NCBI RefSeq assembly: GCF_000737315.1
Contig: NZ_JMCB01000001.1
Location: 206,001 to 268,000, forward strand
Direction: 5' to 3'
Source of the DNA: Hyalangium minutum
GTDB taxonomy: Bacteria > Myxococcota > Myxococcia > Myxococcales > Myxococcaceae
Length of the DNA stretch: 62,000 nt
Below are positions 9,666 through 19,100 of this stretch, piece after piece. How positions within the stretch are numbered: the stretch's first letter is position 1; the number at the start of each line of letters is the position of its first letter. The notes beneath the pieces were generated by a model. The model did no database searches. It saw only the letters and a program-made list of their open reading frames with translations, and had not been told where the DNA came from. A program made the position numbers and the translations under genes.

Positions 9666-10789
9666 TGATGGGTCGTGTGCTGGTGGCCATGCTGGCCCTG
9701 GGGTTGGGGGCATGCAGCAAGGGGCGTGGGGAGGTCCACACCTTCGTGGAGGATCCCTATCCAGAGAAGCTGTCGGCGTGGGGGCTCTTCCAGGGTTCGG
9801 GCTGGACGCTCGAGCCCCAAGCGGGGGTCATCCCCTATTCGGTGAACACGCCGCTCTTCAGCGACTACGCGGAGAAGTACCGGACGATCTGGGTGCCTCC
9901 GGGCCAGGCGGCGCAATACCGGGACTCGGACGTGTTCGACTTCCCGGTGGGCACGATCCTGTCGAAGACGTTCATGTACCCGGTGGACGGGCGCGTGCCC
10001 GCGGCGCAGGGGCCTGGGCGGACGGCAGGCAACGCGGACAAGCGCTTCCGGCCAGTGGAGACGCGCATCCTGGTGCACGCGAAGCAGGGCTGGGTGTCCC
10101 TGCCCTACGTGTGGAACGAAGAGGGCACCGAGGCCACGCTGGAGGTGGTGGGCAGCAGCCGCAACGTGGAGGTGACGCACGCCTCGGGCGAGAAGCTGTT
10201 CGCCCACTACATGATCCCCAACGTGAACCAGTGCCAGGGCTGCCATGAGCGCGACAAGGCGATGACGCCCATCGGCCTCCAGGCGCGGCACCTGAACCGG
10301 GGCTATCCCTATGACGAGGGCCCCGAGAACCAGCTCGTGAAGCTGACGCGCGTGGGCTACCTGAAGGGCGCTCCGGCCCCCACGGCGGCGCCACGCAACG
10401 CCGTGTGGAACGAGCCCACCACGGGGACGCTGGAGGAGCGGGCGCGTGCGTATCTCGAGGCCAACTGCGCGCACTGCCACGATCGACGTGGACCCGCAGC
10501 GAGCTCGGGTCTGTACCTGGCCGCGCAGGAGAAGGATCCGCACACGCTCGGCCGCTGCAAGGCGCCCGTGGCCGCGGGCCGGGGCGCGGGCAAGGACCTG
10601 CCCTTCGACATCGTCCCCGGCAAGCCCGAGCGCTCCATCCTGGTGTACCGGATGGACTCGCAAGATCCGGGGGTGATGATGCCCGAGCTGGGGCGCTCGC
10701 TCATCCACCGAGAGGGCGTAGCGCTCCTCCGCGAGTGGATCCAACAACTCCAGGGCTCCTGCGACGACGAGCCCCGGACGGAGCGCTGA
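9665..10789 (+). CDS. Diheme c-type cytochrome lipoprotein (SO2930 / TIGR03806-like)
   Basis: Lipobox LGLGAC; two CxxCH motifs (CQGCH, CAHCH); NTPLFSDYAEKYR motif; start overlaps the upstream stop (TGATG). Confidence 0.8.
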   Translation: MMGRVLVAMLALGLGACSKGRGEVHTFVEDPYPEKLSAWGLFQGSGWTLEPQAGVIPYSVNTPLFSDYAEKYRTIWVPPGQAAQYRDSDVFDFPVGTILSKTFMYPVDGRVPAAQGPGRTAGNADKRFRPVETRILVHAKQGWVSLPYVWNEEGTEATLEVVGSSRNVEVTHASGEKLFAHYMIPNVNQCQGCHERDKAMTPIGLQARHLNRGYPYDEGPENQLVKLTRVGYLKGAPAPTAAPRNAVWNEPTTGTLEERARAYLEANCAHCHDRRGPAASSGLYLAAQEKDPHTLGRCKAPVAAGRGAGKDLPFDIVPGKPERSILVYRMDSQDPGVMMPELGRSLIHREGVALLREWIQQLQGSCDDEPRTER

Positions 10790-10799
10790 AGGGAGGGCC

Positions 10800-11972
10800 T
10801 CACCGGGCGCGGCGGCGCTGTGCCCACCGCACCCCCCGTGCAGCCTGGGCCCAGCGCCCCTGGAGGCGCGCCTCGGAAGCCAACGCCTCCTCCCGCGAGG
10901 GCCCCTCCGGCAACAACCTCGCCGCGTGTGAGAGCACGAGCCGCTCCAGCGCCCACTCCTCGCACAGCCGCCTCAGGCCGGGCCCATCCAGCCCACACGC
11001 TCCCAGGAAGACCTCGCGATCCGGAGGCCGCACTCCGTGGCGCCGCCACCACTCGTCCTCGGCCTGCTTCACTTCCTCAGCGGTGGGCTCCAACCCCAAC
11101 GAGCGCGCCCAGCCCGCCAGGAGCGCCCGCCGCAGCCCCGCCTCGGCCAGCGCCGCGCTGTCCGGCTCCTGCTGCAGCACCGCCAGCACTTGGGAGGAGG
11201 ACACCGTCCGCCCCGCCAGCACGGCCACGCCCTCCTCCAACCTGCGCCGCCTCACCTTCGCGGGAAGCGAAGTCCTCACCCCTCCCCGGGGAGGCTTCAC
11301 CGGCGCGGCCGACGCCAGGAACGCCGCCGCCGCCCGGAGGCACGCCTGGGCATCCAGCGCCTGCAGATCCTCCACGCCCCGGGAGAACCATCCCTCCCAG
11401 CTTCCCCACGTGGCTGCGGACCAGGACGGGCGCTCGGCATCCAGGATCCGGCGCCAGGTGCGCTCCGCGTAGTAGAGGCGCTCGGCCACCGTCACCAGCG
11501 TCCGCGCCTGCCGCGCGTTGAGCACCCGCGCCGCCCGCGCCTGGGTCACCACGTGCCGGACATTCACCATCGGCACGGTGAGCGGCCGGTAGCCCTGCTC
11601 GGCGCCGGCGTGCCGCAGCGCCACCTCCGAGTCATCCACCAGCATCCCCGTCCGGTACCACTCGAAGATCTGCCCCACCCCTACCATGCCCTGCGCAGCC
11701 AGTTCCGCCGCGCGCAGCGCCCCCTGCCCTGCGCCCCCGAAGACGGCCACGCCCGCCTCCACCGCGGCCAGCAGCTCCTGGTGCCACACCGGCGGCAGGG
11801 CCTCGCCCACTCCATCGATCAGAGCGATGGCGCGGGGACGCAGCGCGAGCGCCCGCCACACATCCCCTCGGCGGGCCGGAGGCAGCACATGACAATTCAC
11901 CCACCGGCGCGCCTCGCCCACGGGCAGCGAGGGGCCCAGAAAGACAACGAGATCCTCAGGACGGCGTTTCAT
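10800..11972 (-). CDS. tfuA: TfuA-like protein with C-terminal helical extension
   Basis: VFLGPSL, PPARRGD, LIDG, VWHQE, GALRAAEL, DDSEVAL motifs; start overlaps the ycaO stop. Confidence 0.85.
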   Translation of the reverse strand: MKRRPEDLVVFLGPSLPVGEARRWVNCHVLPPARRGDVWRALALRPRAIALIDGVGEALPPVWHQELLAAVEAGVAVFGGAGQGALRAAELAAQGMVGVGQIFEWYRTGMLVDDSEVALRHAGAEQGYRPLTVPMVNVRHVVTQARAARVLNARQARTLVTVAERLYYAERTWRRILDAERPSWSAATWGSWEGWFSRGVEDLQALDAQACLRAAAAFLASAAPVKPPRGGVRTSLPAKVRRRRLEEGVAVLAGRTVSSSQVLAVLQQEPDSAALAEAGLRRALLAGWARSLGLEPTAEEVKQAEDEWWRRHGVRPPDREVFLGACGLDGPGLRRLCEEWALERLVLSHAARLLPEGPSREEALASEARLQGRWAQAARGVRWAQRRRAR

Positions 11973-13144
11973 GAGAGCTCCGAGATGCGCATGCCCGGCA
12001 CCACCACGCGCCGCACGTGCAGGCCCGACACGGGCGCGTCGAGCGTGAGGGCGGCCACCTGGGTGAAGCCCGCGCTCCGCAGGTGGTTCATCACCCGCCG
12101 CACGCTCCGCACCGGCGAGGCCTCCTCTGCGGCGAAGTCCGGCATGGTGTCGGCTTGACGCTTGGGGCGCACCGACGCACAGACCCGGGCGAGGCCTCGC
12201 ACCGCCCCGCGCTCCGCCGAGGACAACGGCTGCGGCGTCCCCTGCAGTGCCGAGAGCCGGGCACACGCGGCCTCCAGCAACGCACGCAGCAGCGCCTGAT
12301 CCCTCCCCAGCGCGCACGCATACCCCACCGTGAGCGGCACTGGCCCGTCCTCTTCATCCACCAGCACCGCCGCGGCCACCGGAAGCCCCACCGCCCCCGG
12401 TGTCCGCGAGGTGGGCGTCGCATCAAAGAGGTACACGCCAAACCCTCGCTTCTTCAAAATCCTGGCCAGCGCCTCCGTGCGAGGCGCCGCTCGCCCCAGC
12501 ACCACGGGCCCCAGCATGCGCCGCCGCATGGCCTCCTCCGTCCACCCGTCCGGCAGCGCCCGGGCGAGCTGATCCCGCTTCGTCGCCTCCAGCAGCGCCT
12601 GCAACAGCGCGCGCTGGGCATCTGGATCCGCCCCCGTGCCGTTGCGCGTCCACATCACGCTCACCGGCCCCAGCGCCACCGCGCCCGCGGGCGGGCAATG
12701 CACCCCCTGCGCCGGCACCCAGACGTTCCTCCGCGAGTGCAGCTCCGTGGCCTGCCTCCACGCGCACCGCACGGAGTCCCCCCACAGCCGGGGCTCCACC
12801 AGCCTCCCCGCCGAGCCCAGCGCCTCGGCGCTCCAGGCCTCACCGCTGCGCGGATCCAGCTCCGCGCGCGCGGCCCACACCAGCTGGCTCGTGGGGACGT
12901 GCTCCGCGGCCCAGAGCACCGCCGTCTCATAAAGCGCGCTCAGAGCCGCGTGCTCGAAGGTCAACCCCGGGCCCGAGCACGCTCCGAGCCCAGGGCTGCC
13001 GGGCCTCACGGCGCACGCCACCTCCACCCCCGTACGGTCCAATCCCGTCACCCTGGCCACACGGGTGACCTCCATGGCCTCAGCCAGCCGCTCTTGGAAA
13101 ATCTGCGAGACAAGGACGTGTTTGGTAGGAAGCACGGCACACAA
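11969..13144 (-). CDS. ycaO: YcaO-like family protein (TfuA-associated type), catalytic motifs substituted
   Basis: VTRVARVTGLDRTGV N-terminal motif, NG motif, LLEAxxRD, GYAC and RRVVVPGM; paired with TfuA. Confidence 0.85.
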   Translation of the reverse strand: MCAVLPTKHVLVSQIFQERLAEAMEVTRVARVTGLDRTGVEVACAVRPGSPGLGACSGPGLTFEHAALSALYETAVLWAAEHVPTSQLVWAARAELDPRSGEAWSAEALGSAGRLVEPRLWGDSVRCAWRQATELHSRRNVWVPAQGVHCPPAGAVALGPVSVMWTRNGTGADPDAQRALLQALLEATKRDQLARALPDGWTEEAMRRRMLGPVVLGRAAPRTEALARILKKRGFGVYLFDATPTSRTPGAVGLPVAAAVLVDEEDGPVPLTVGYACALGRDQALLRALLEAACARLSALQGTPQPLSSAERGAVRGLARVCASVRPKRQADTMPDFAAEEASPVRSVRRVMNHLRSAGFTQVAALTLDAPVSGLHVRRVVVPGMRISELS

Positions 13145-13239
13145 CCTTAACTCGAAAACGAGCCCCGCAATCCACCCATCGTTTGCGCCCCCAGCCGCAT
13201 GGAGCGTGATAGGGGGGGAAAACAGAGGGAGTACGCCGG

Positions 13240-13725
13240 ATGATTCAGGTTGGAGATCCAGCGCCGGACTTCACCGCCACCGACTGCCAGGGGCGCCCCC
13301 TCTCCCTCTCCTCACTCCGAGGGCGGCGCGTGGTGCTGTTCTTCTTCCCCAAGGCGTTCACCATCGGCTGCACCCTCGAAGTGCGCGCTTTCCGGGACAA
13401 CCAGGCCCGCATCGAGGCGCTGGGCGCGAACCTGGTCGGAGTGTCCGTGGACTCCGTGGCCACCCAGTGCGCCTTCGCCGCCCGGGAGCACATCCACTTC
13501 GCCCTCCTCGGAGACGACGAGCGCCGCATCAGCAAGGCCTATGATGTGCTCTGGCCCGTGCTGAACGTGGATCGCCGCGTCACCTTCATCCTCGGGCCGG
13601 ACGGCAAGGTGGAGGCCGTCATCCGCCACGAGGCCCGCGTCTACCGGCACCTGGATGACGTCTTGCGTTACCTCCAGGACCACCCGCTCCCCGCCGCCCC
13701 GGGCACTGGGCCCTCACGCGGCTAG
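13240..13725 (+). CDS. Peroxiredoxin (BCP/PrxQ-like, AhpC/TSA family)
   Basis: GDPAPDF, FFFPKAFTIGCT peroxidatic motif, GVSVD, RVTFIL. Confidence 0.9.
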   Translation: MIQVGDPAPDFTATDCQGRPLSLSSLRGRRVVLFFFPKAFTIGCTLEVRAFRDNQARIEALGANLVGVSVDSVATQCAFAAREHIHFALLGDDERRISKAYDVLWPVLNVDRRVTFILGPDGKVEAVIRHEARVYRHLDDVLRYLQDHPLPAAPGTGPSRG

Positions 13726-14306
13726 TCCCACTGACAGAGGTACTCGCAGTGAGGCGCACCCTTGGCGACACACTTGGGGTGGGTGACGCGGACGGCGCTG
13801 CCGCCGGACAGCTCGATGGCGCGCTGGTGCCAGCCGACAATGGTGAGGCAGTCCGTCTCGGTGACGTTCTCCGCCCCGAAGGTGCGCAGGATGGCCGAGC
13901 GCGGGCCGAGCTTCTCGTAGGTGCGCGAGCCGACGGCGTAATAGAAGCGGTAGATCTGCGGCGCCTGGCTGAGCAGGAAGTGCGGCTCGCCCGGGCGCAC
14001 GAAGACGTGCTGGGCGCCCTTGAGGTTCTCGTCCGCCGAGGCCCGGCCCATGTCCATGAAGGCCCGGGTGCGGTCCTCGGGGGACAGCACGTCCGCGATG
14101 GCCGCGTCCAGGCGCAGGTTCAGATCGAACGGGTACCAGTTGATCGGAAGGATCATCTTCCGCAGCAGCGTCTGGTCCGCCGGAGGCAACCGCTTCAGCA
14201 CCTCCTCCAGACGCGCCTGCCCCCCCTGCTGGCGCACCAGGTTCAGCCGGGAGATGAGCACCGTGCCCTTGATGCGCGAGTGAGAGGGAGAACCGGCCGT
14301 GGCCAT
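13722..14306 (-). CDS. Myxococcales TIGR02265-like / V4R-domain protein
   Basis: IKGTVLISRL, WYPF, MGRASA and C-terminal CVAKGAPHCEYLCQW typical of V4R-like myxobacterial proteins. Confidence 0.65.
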   Translation of the reverse strand: MATAGSPSHSRIKGTVLISRLNLVRQQGGQARLEEVLKRLPPADQTLLRKMILPINWYPFDLNLRLDAAIADVLSPEDRTRAFMDMGRASADENLKGAQHVFVRPGEPHFLLSQAPQIYRFYYAVGSRTYEKLGPRSAILRTFGAENVTETDCLTIVGWHQRAIELSGGSAVRVTHPKCVAKGAPHCEYLCQWD

Positions 14307-14426
14307 GGAGGGGAGCGGCATCTTGGCAGTGACGTATGCGACGGGGCAACCCTCTGCAACTGCTGCGAAGAGCGCCTGGGAAGCCTGGTCGCTTGCCCCC
14401 TCCGAAGCTCGGCGGGAGACCCGGTT

Positions 14427-14450
14427 TGTAACCTTTTGTCCCTCTCCGTG
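14427..14450 (+). promoter_or_regulatory. Possible ECF-type promoter upstream of the sigma gene
   Basis: TGTAAC(CTTTT) followed 14 nt later by CGTG, about 45 nt upstream of the sigma ATG; spacing is slightly short for known ECF promoters. Confidence 0.3.
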
Positions 14451-14492
14451 TTCCCATTCCATGTGAAGGTCTGGCACACAGAGGGAGTCCCC

Positions 14493-15101
14493 ATGCGCCC
14501 CCGGTTGGCGGTGGCAAGCGCCCCTGCCCCTACAGATGAGGAGCTGTGCCGAGCCTTCCTGGATGGGGACGAGGCCGCCTTTGGCGTGCTGGTAGAGCGA
14601 TATCGCACCCTGGTCCTCTCGCTGGTCCGCCGCTTCGTCCCCCGGCCCGAGGACGCGGCGGACCTGGCGCAGCAGGCCTTTTTGAGGGCGTTGGAGGCCT
14701 CGCACCGCGTCTTCCTGAACTGGAAGTGGACGAGCTCCACCCCCTTCCGCTCCTGGCTGGTGCGGATTGCGCTCAACCTGGCGAAGAACCATGCGCGCCA
14801 GGGGAACCGCTGGCGCACCGCCCTGCTGACAGAGGTGGAGGATGCCTCGGCGGACCCGGGCGAGTCCCCCCAGGAGCGGCTGGAGCAGCAGGAGCGCGAG
14901 CGGCGCCTCCAGGCTGCGGTGATCGCCCTGCCCCGCCGCCAGCGCGAGGTCCTCACCCTCCGGGTGGATGCGGACCTGCCCTTTCGAGACATCGCCGAGA
15001 CACTCGGCATCACCGAGAACAATGCCAAGGTGCAGTTCCACCACGCCGTGAAGCGCCTGAAGGCGGAGGTGGCTGGCGCGCCAGAGGAGACGGACGAATG
15101 A
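14493..15101 (+). CDS. ECF RNA polymerase sigma factor
   Basis: Region 2 (DLAQQAFL, FRSWLVRIALN) and region 4 (LPRRQREVLTLR...EIA-like DIAETLGI); GGGAG RBS before ATG 14493. Confidence 0.9.
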   Translation: MRPRLAVASAPAPTDEELCRAFLDGDEAAFGVLVERYRTLVLSLVRRFVPRPEDAADLAQQAFLRALEASHRVFLNWKWTSSTPFRSWLVRIALNLAKNHARQGNRWRTALLTEVEDASADPGESPQERLEQQERERRLQAAVIALPRRQREVLTLRVDADLPFRDIAETLGITENNAKVQFHHAVKRLKAEVAGAPEETDE

Positions 15102-15646
15102 ACGCGTGCCCCGAGTACGAGGAGCTGCTGACGCTCCATGCCACCGGAGCGCTGGAGGCCCAGGACGAAGCTCGCGTCCGCGCGCACCTGGCCTCTTGCA
15201 CCGCGTGCCGAAGTGAGGCCGAGTCGACCGCGCGCCTCCTCTCGACCGTGGCGCTGCCGGCGCCCTCGCCAGCAATGCGGCAACGAATGGACACGCTGCC
15301 TCAGCGGACGCTGGGGGCGTGGCGGCGCGAGCAGGTGCGCCAGGCCTTCCGGGCCCGGACCGTGGGCGCGATGCTGGCTGCGGCGGCAACGGTATTGCTG
15401 GTGGTGAGCCCGTCGCTGCGAGGCGCGGGTCAGCCCAAGGGAACCGTGGCGCTGCCGACCGCAGTCTCGCAGCAGGAGGCAGAGTCCGAGTCCGAGTTTG
15501 AGCAGTGGGCCGTCGCGGATCCGCTCGGCGATGAGCTGGACGCACTGCTGGCCGATGAGGACTTGGACGAGTGGGACGAAGACGCCGAGATGGAGCCGTC
15601 CGCGAGTGAGCTGTTCTTGAACCCGAACCTGGGAGAGATGCCGTGA
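15098..15646 (+). CDS. Zinc-finger (HxxxCxxC) anti-sigma factor
   Basis: AHLASCTAC motif, one TM helix, acidic C-terminus; ATGA overlap with the sigma stop. Confidence 0.85.
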   Translation: MNACPEYEELLTLHATGALEAQDEARVRAHLASCTACRSEAESTARLLSTVALPAPSPAMRQRMDTLPQRTLGAWRREQVRQAFRARTVGAMLAAAATVLLVVSPSLRGAGQPKGTVALPTAVSQQEAESESEFEQWAVADPLGDELDALLADEDLDEWDEDAEMEPSASELFLNPNLGEMP

Positions 15647-16173
15647 TGAAGCCGATTCGAGTGGCAGTGCTGACCCTGGCCTTGTTGCCGATGGCCGCGC
15701 TCGCGGCGGATCCGAATGCCCAAGCCCAGGCCCAGGCCCAGGCCGAGCAACGGGCGGAGAAGCAGCTGCGCCTGGCGCGGGTGCTGGGACTCGCCGAGGA
15801 ACTGGAGCTGGACTCACAGCAGGCCCTGAAGCTGGACGAGACGCTGCGCAAGTTCGACGAGCGGCGCCGCCCGCTGCGCGAGCAGGTCCGCGAGTCGGCG
15901 GACATCCTCGAGCGAGCGGCCGACGGGGACACCGCGGCGCTGGGCCAGGTGGAGCAGGCGGCGCAGCACGCGTTCGATGCCAGGGCACAGCTGGCGGCGC
16001 TGGATCGGGAGATGTACCAGTCGCTCTCCCGGGATCTGCCGCCGCAGAAGCGGGCGAAGCTGGCGCTCTTCATGGCGCGCTTCGAGAACCGGTTCAACAA
16101 GAAGCTCCGCGGGGAGCTGCGCGAGAAGGTGAAGAAGATGAACCGGTTCCGCGCACTGGACAACCAGGGCTGA
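15643..16173 (+). CDS. Periplasmic helical Spy/CpxP-like protein
   Basis: Signal peptide, helical charged sequence, EELELDSQQ and LPPQKRAKL motifs; third gene of an ECF/anti-sigma operon. Confidence 0.6.
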   Translation: MMKPIRVAVLTLALLPMAALAADPNAQAQAQAQAEQRAEKQLRLARVLGLAEELELDSQQALKLDETLRKFDERRRPLREQVRESADILERAADGDTAALGQVEQAAQHAFDARAQLAALDREMYQSLSRDLPPQKRAKLALFMARFENRFNKKLRGELREKVKKMNRFRALDNQG

Positions 16174-16191
16174 GCCTCTCGGACCGGGCCG

Positions 16192-19100
16192 TCACCGAGC
16201 GGTGGCCCGGGCCTTGCGCTCCTCGCCCTGTGCGAACAGGGCCTTGAGCACGCGCCCGGTCGCCGTCTTCATCTTGCACAGCTCCCGAGGCGTTCCCTCC
16301 GCCACGATGCGGCCGCCCTCCTCGCCTCCCTCGGGCCCCAGCTCCACAACGTGCTCCGCGGAGGCGATGACGGACGGGTGGTGCTCGATCACCACCAGCG
16401 TGTCTCCCCGATCCACCAGCCGCCCCAGGAAGGTGATGAGCCGGTCCACGTCGCCCAGGTGGAGTCCCGTGGTGGGCTCGTCGAGCACGTAGAGCGTCGG
16501 CTCGTGGCGCGAGTTCGCCGTCAGCTCCGCCGCCAGCTTGAGCCGCTGGGCCTCGCCGCCGGACAGCGTGTTGGAGCCCTGGCCCAACTGCAGGTACCCC
16601 ACACCGAGGTCCGAGAGGCACTCCAGCGGCGCGGCCACCTTGGGCAGCGCGCGGAAGACCTCCTTGGCCTCGTCGGCGGACAGCCGCAGCACCTCGCCGA
16701 TGGTGAGCCCGTGGTAGCGCACCTCGAGAGTGGCCGCATCAAAGCGGGCCCCGCCGCACACCTCGCACGGCGTCACCACGTCCGGGAGGAACGCCATCTC
16801 GTGGGAGATGGCCCCTTGCCCCTCGCATGCCGGGCACCGGCCTCCAGCGGCGGTGTTGAAGGAGAAGCGTGCCGGACCGAAGCCCCGGATCTTGGCCTCG
16901 GGAGTGGCGGCGAAGGCGCGGCGCAGCTCGTCCCAGATGCCGAGGAACGTCGCCGGCACCGAGCGCGGTGTGCGCCCGATGGGAGACTGGTCCACCGCCA
17001 GCACGCGGGAGATCGCCTCCACGCCGTGCAGCGATTCGAACGGCCCAGGCTTCGGCCCCACCAGTCCAAGCTTCTCGCGCAGCGCCGGGTACAGCACCTG
17101 GCGGATGAGCGTGCTCTTGCCCGAACCGGAGACGCCGGAGACGACCGTGAGCCTCCTGACAGGCAGCCGGAGATCGACGCGCTTCAGGTTGTTGGCGCGG
17201 GCACCCTTCAGCTCGAGCCACTTCTGGGGCTCTCCGCGAGTGCTGGGAGGGCGAATCTGCGAGGCCCGGAGCGCCTTCGCGGTCGGTGAGTCCTCCCGTT
17301 GCAGCACGTCCTCCGGAGCGCCCTCGGCGAGGATGCGCCCACCGCCACGTCCGCCCGTGGGCCCCAGATCGATGAGGTGGTCCGCCGCGCGGATGGTGTC
17401 CGTGTCGTGCTCCACCACGAGCACGGAAGACCCCGTGTCCACGAGCGCCCGGAGGTTGGACAGCAGCCGGTGGGTGTCGCGCGGGTGCAGGCCAATGGTG
17501 GGCTCGTCGAGCACGTACAGCGCCCCCGTGAGCCCCGCTCCGAGCTGTGCCGAGAGGCGCAGCCGCTGCATCTCGCCTCCCGAGAGCGTGGCGGCGGCGC
17601 GATCCAATGAGAGGTAGCCCAGCCCCACGCGATCGAGGAACTCCAGGCGCCGGACAAGCTCCTGGCGCGAGGGCTCACCGATGAGCGCCCGATCCCCACG
17701 GAACTTCCAGCCCTGGACACGCGCCAGCGTGGCGGTGACGGAGTTCTGCACCACCTCGTGGTACCGCGCGTTCTCCAACCTCACGGCGCGAGGCACCGGA
17801 GACAGACGCGAGCCCTGACAGGTACGGCACGGAGCGGTGTGGCCCTCGGCGATGGCCTCGGCGCCGCCCTCGACACCTGTGCCCTCACAGGCCTCGCAGC
17901 GCCCCTGCTTCGTATTGAAGGAGAACCAGCGTGGGTCCAGCTCCGGCACAGCGGTTCCACAGCGAGGACAGGTGCGCTCGGTGGACAGCAGCGTCTCGCC
18001 CTTGGCGCTCCGCACTTTCAGCGCGCCCTGGCCCCAGCCCAGCGCCCGATCGAACACAGGGCGAGGCAGCTTGGCCAGCTTGCCCTCGTACATGACGAGG
18101 TCGATGTCGTGCTCGCGTGTCTTCGTCAGCCGTGGCGGGTTGTCCGTGTTGGCGATCTGCCCGTCCACGATGGCCGTGGTGATCCCCGCGCGAGCCGCCG
18201 CCGCGAAGAGATCCAGGTACGTTCCCTTGCGAGCCCGGACCGCGGGAGCCAGCACGGTGCCGTCCCCCTTCGACTCGGTGAGCTGTGCGTACAGCGCATC
18301 CGGCGAGGTGGAGGCAATCGGCGAGTCATCGTTCGGGCAGTGCGGCTGGCCCAGCTTGGCGAACAGGAGGCGCAGGTAGTGAGCCACCTCCGTCACGGTG
18401 GCCACGGTGCTCGTAGCGCCCGCGCGCGAGGTGCGCTGCTCCAGGGCCACGGTGGGCGGGATGCTGCTGATGCGCTCCACGTCCGGCCGAGGCATGGTCG
18501 GCAAGAACTGCCGCGCATACGGCGTCAGCGTCTCCAGGAAGCGCCGCTGGCCCTCGGCAAAGACGACGTCGAACGCCAGCGAGCTCTTCCCCGAGCCGCT
18601 GGGCCCCGTCACCACCGTCATCTTCCCCAGGGGAATGCGGCAGGAGATCTCCTGGAGGTTGTGCTCGCGCGCATGCTCCACCTCGATGGCCGGGCTGCCC
18701 GCGGCGGCCTTCCGAGGCTTCGCTGGGCGCCGAGCCCCGGTGCTCTCCTCGCGCAGGGCCGCTGCGGTGAGACCTGAGCCCTTGGCCAACTCGGCGGGAG
18801 TGCCCTCGGCCACCAGACGCCCACCATGCCGCCCACCGCCCGGTCCCAGATCGATGATCCAGTCCGAGCCCCGCATGACGGAGAGGTCATGGTCCACGAC
18901 GACGACGCTAGCGCCCCGCCCCACCAACTCGTGCAGCGCCGCGAGCACATGGCGCACATCGAGCTCATGCAGGCCCGCGCTCGGCTCGTCGATCAGGAAG
19001 AGCGAGCCCTTGGCCTCACTCGCCAGCGCCCGGGCCAACTTCAGCCGCTGCGCCTCGCCCCCCGAGAGCGTGGAGAGCGGCTGCCCGAGCGACAGGTAGC

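Noticed and set aside
10800-13725. Complete thioamitide RiPP cluster
   Set aside because: No short precursor ORF, protease or transporter was found next to ycaO/tfuA, and catalytic motifs are altered.
13749-14492. N-terminal extension of the ECF sigma ORF (450 aa call)
   Set aside because: Antisense to the TIGR02265-like gene; the sigma domain starts at ATG 14493 with an RBS.
13722-16163. 813-aa minus-strand ORF
   Set aside because: Only the last ~195 codons are a real gene; the rest is antisense to the sigma, anti-sigma and Spy-like genes.
16184-16210. Terminator between the Spy-like gene and uvrA
   Set aside because: A GC hairpin is present but has no U-tract on either side and overlaps the uvrA stop; too weak to call.
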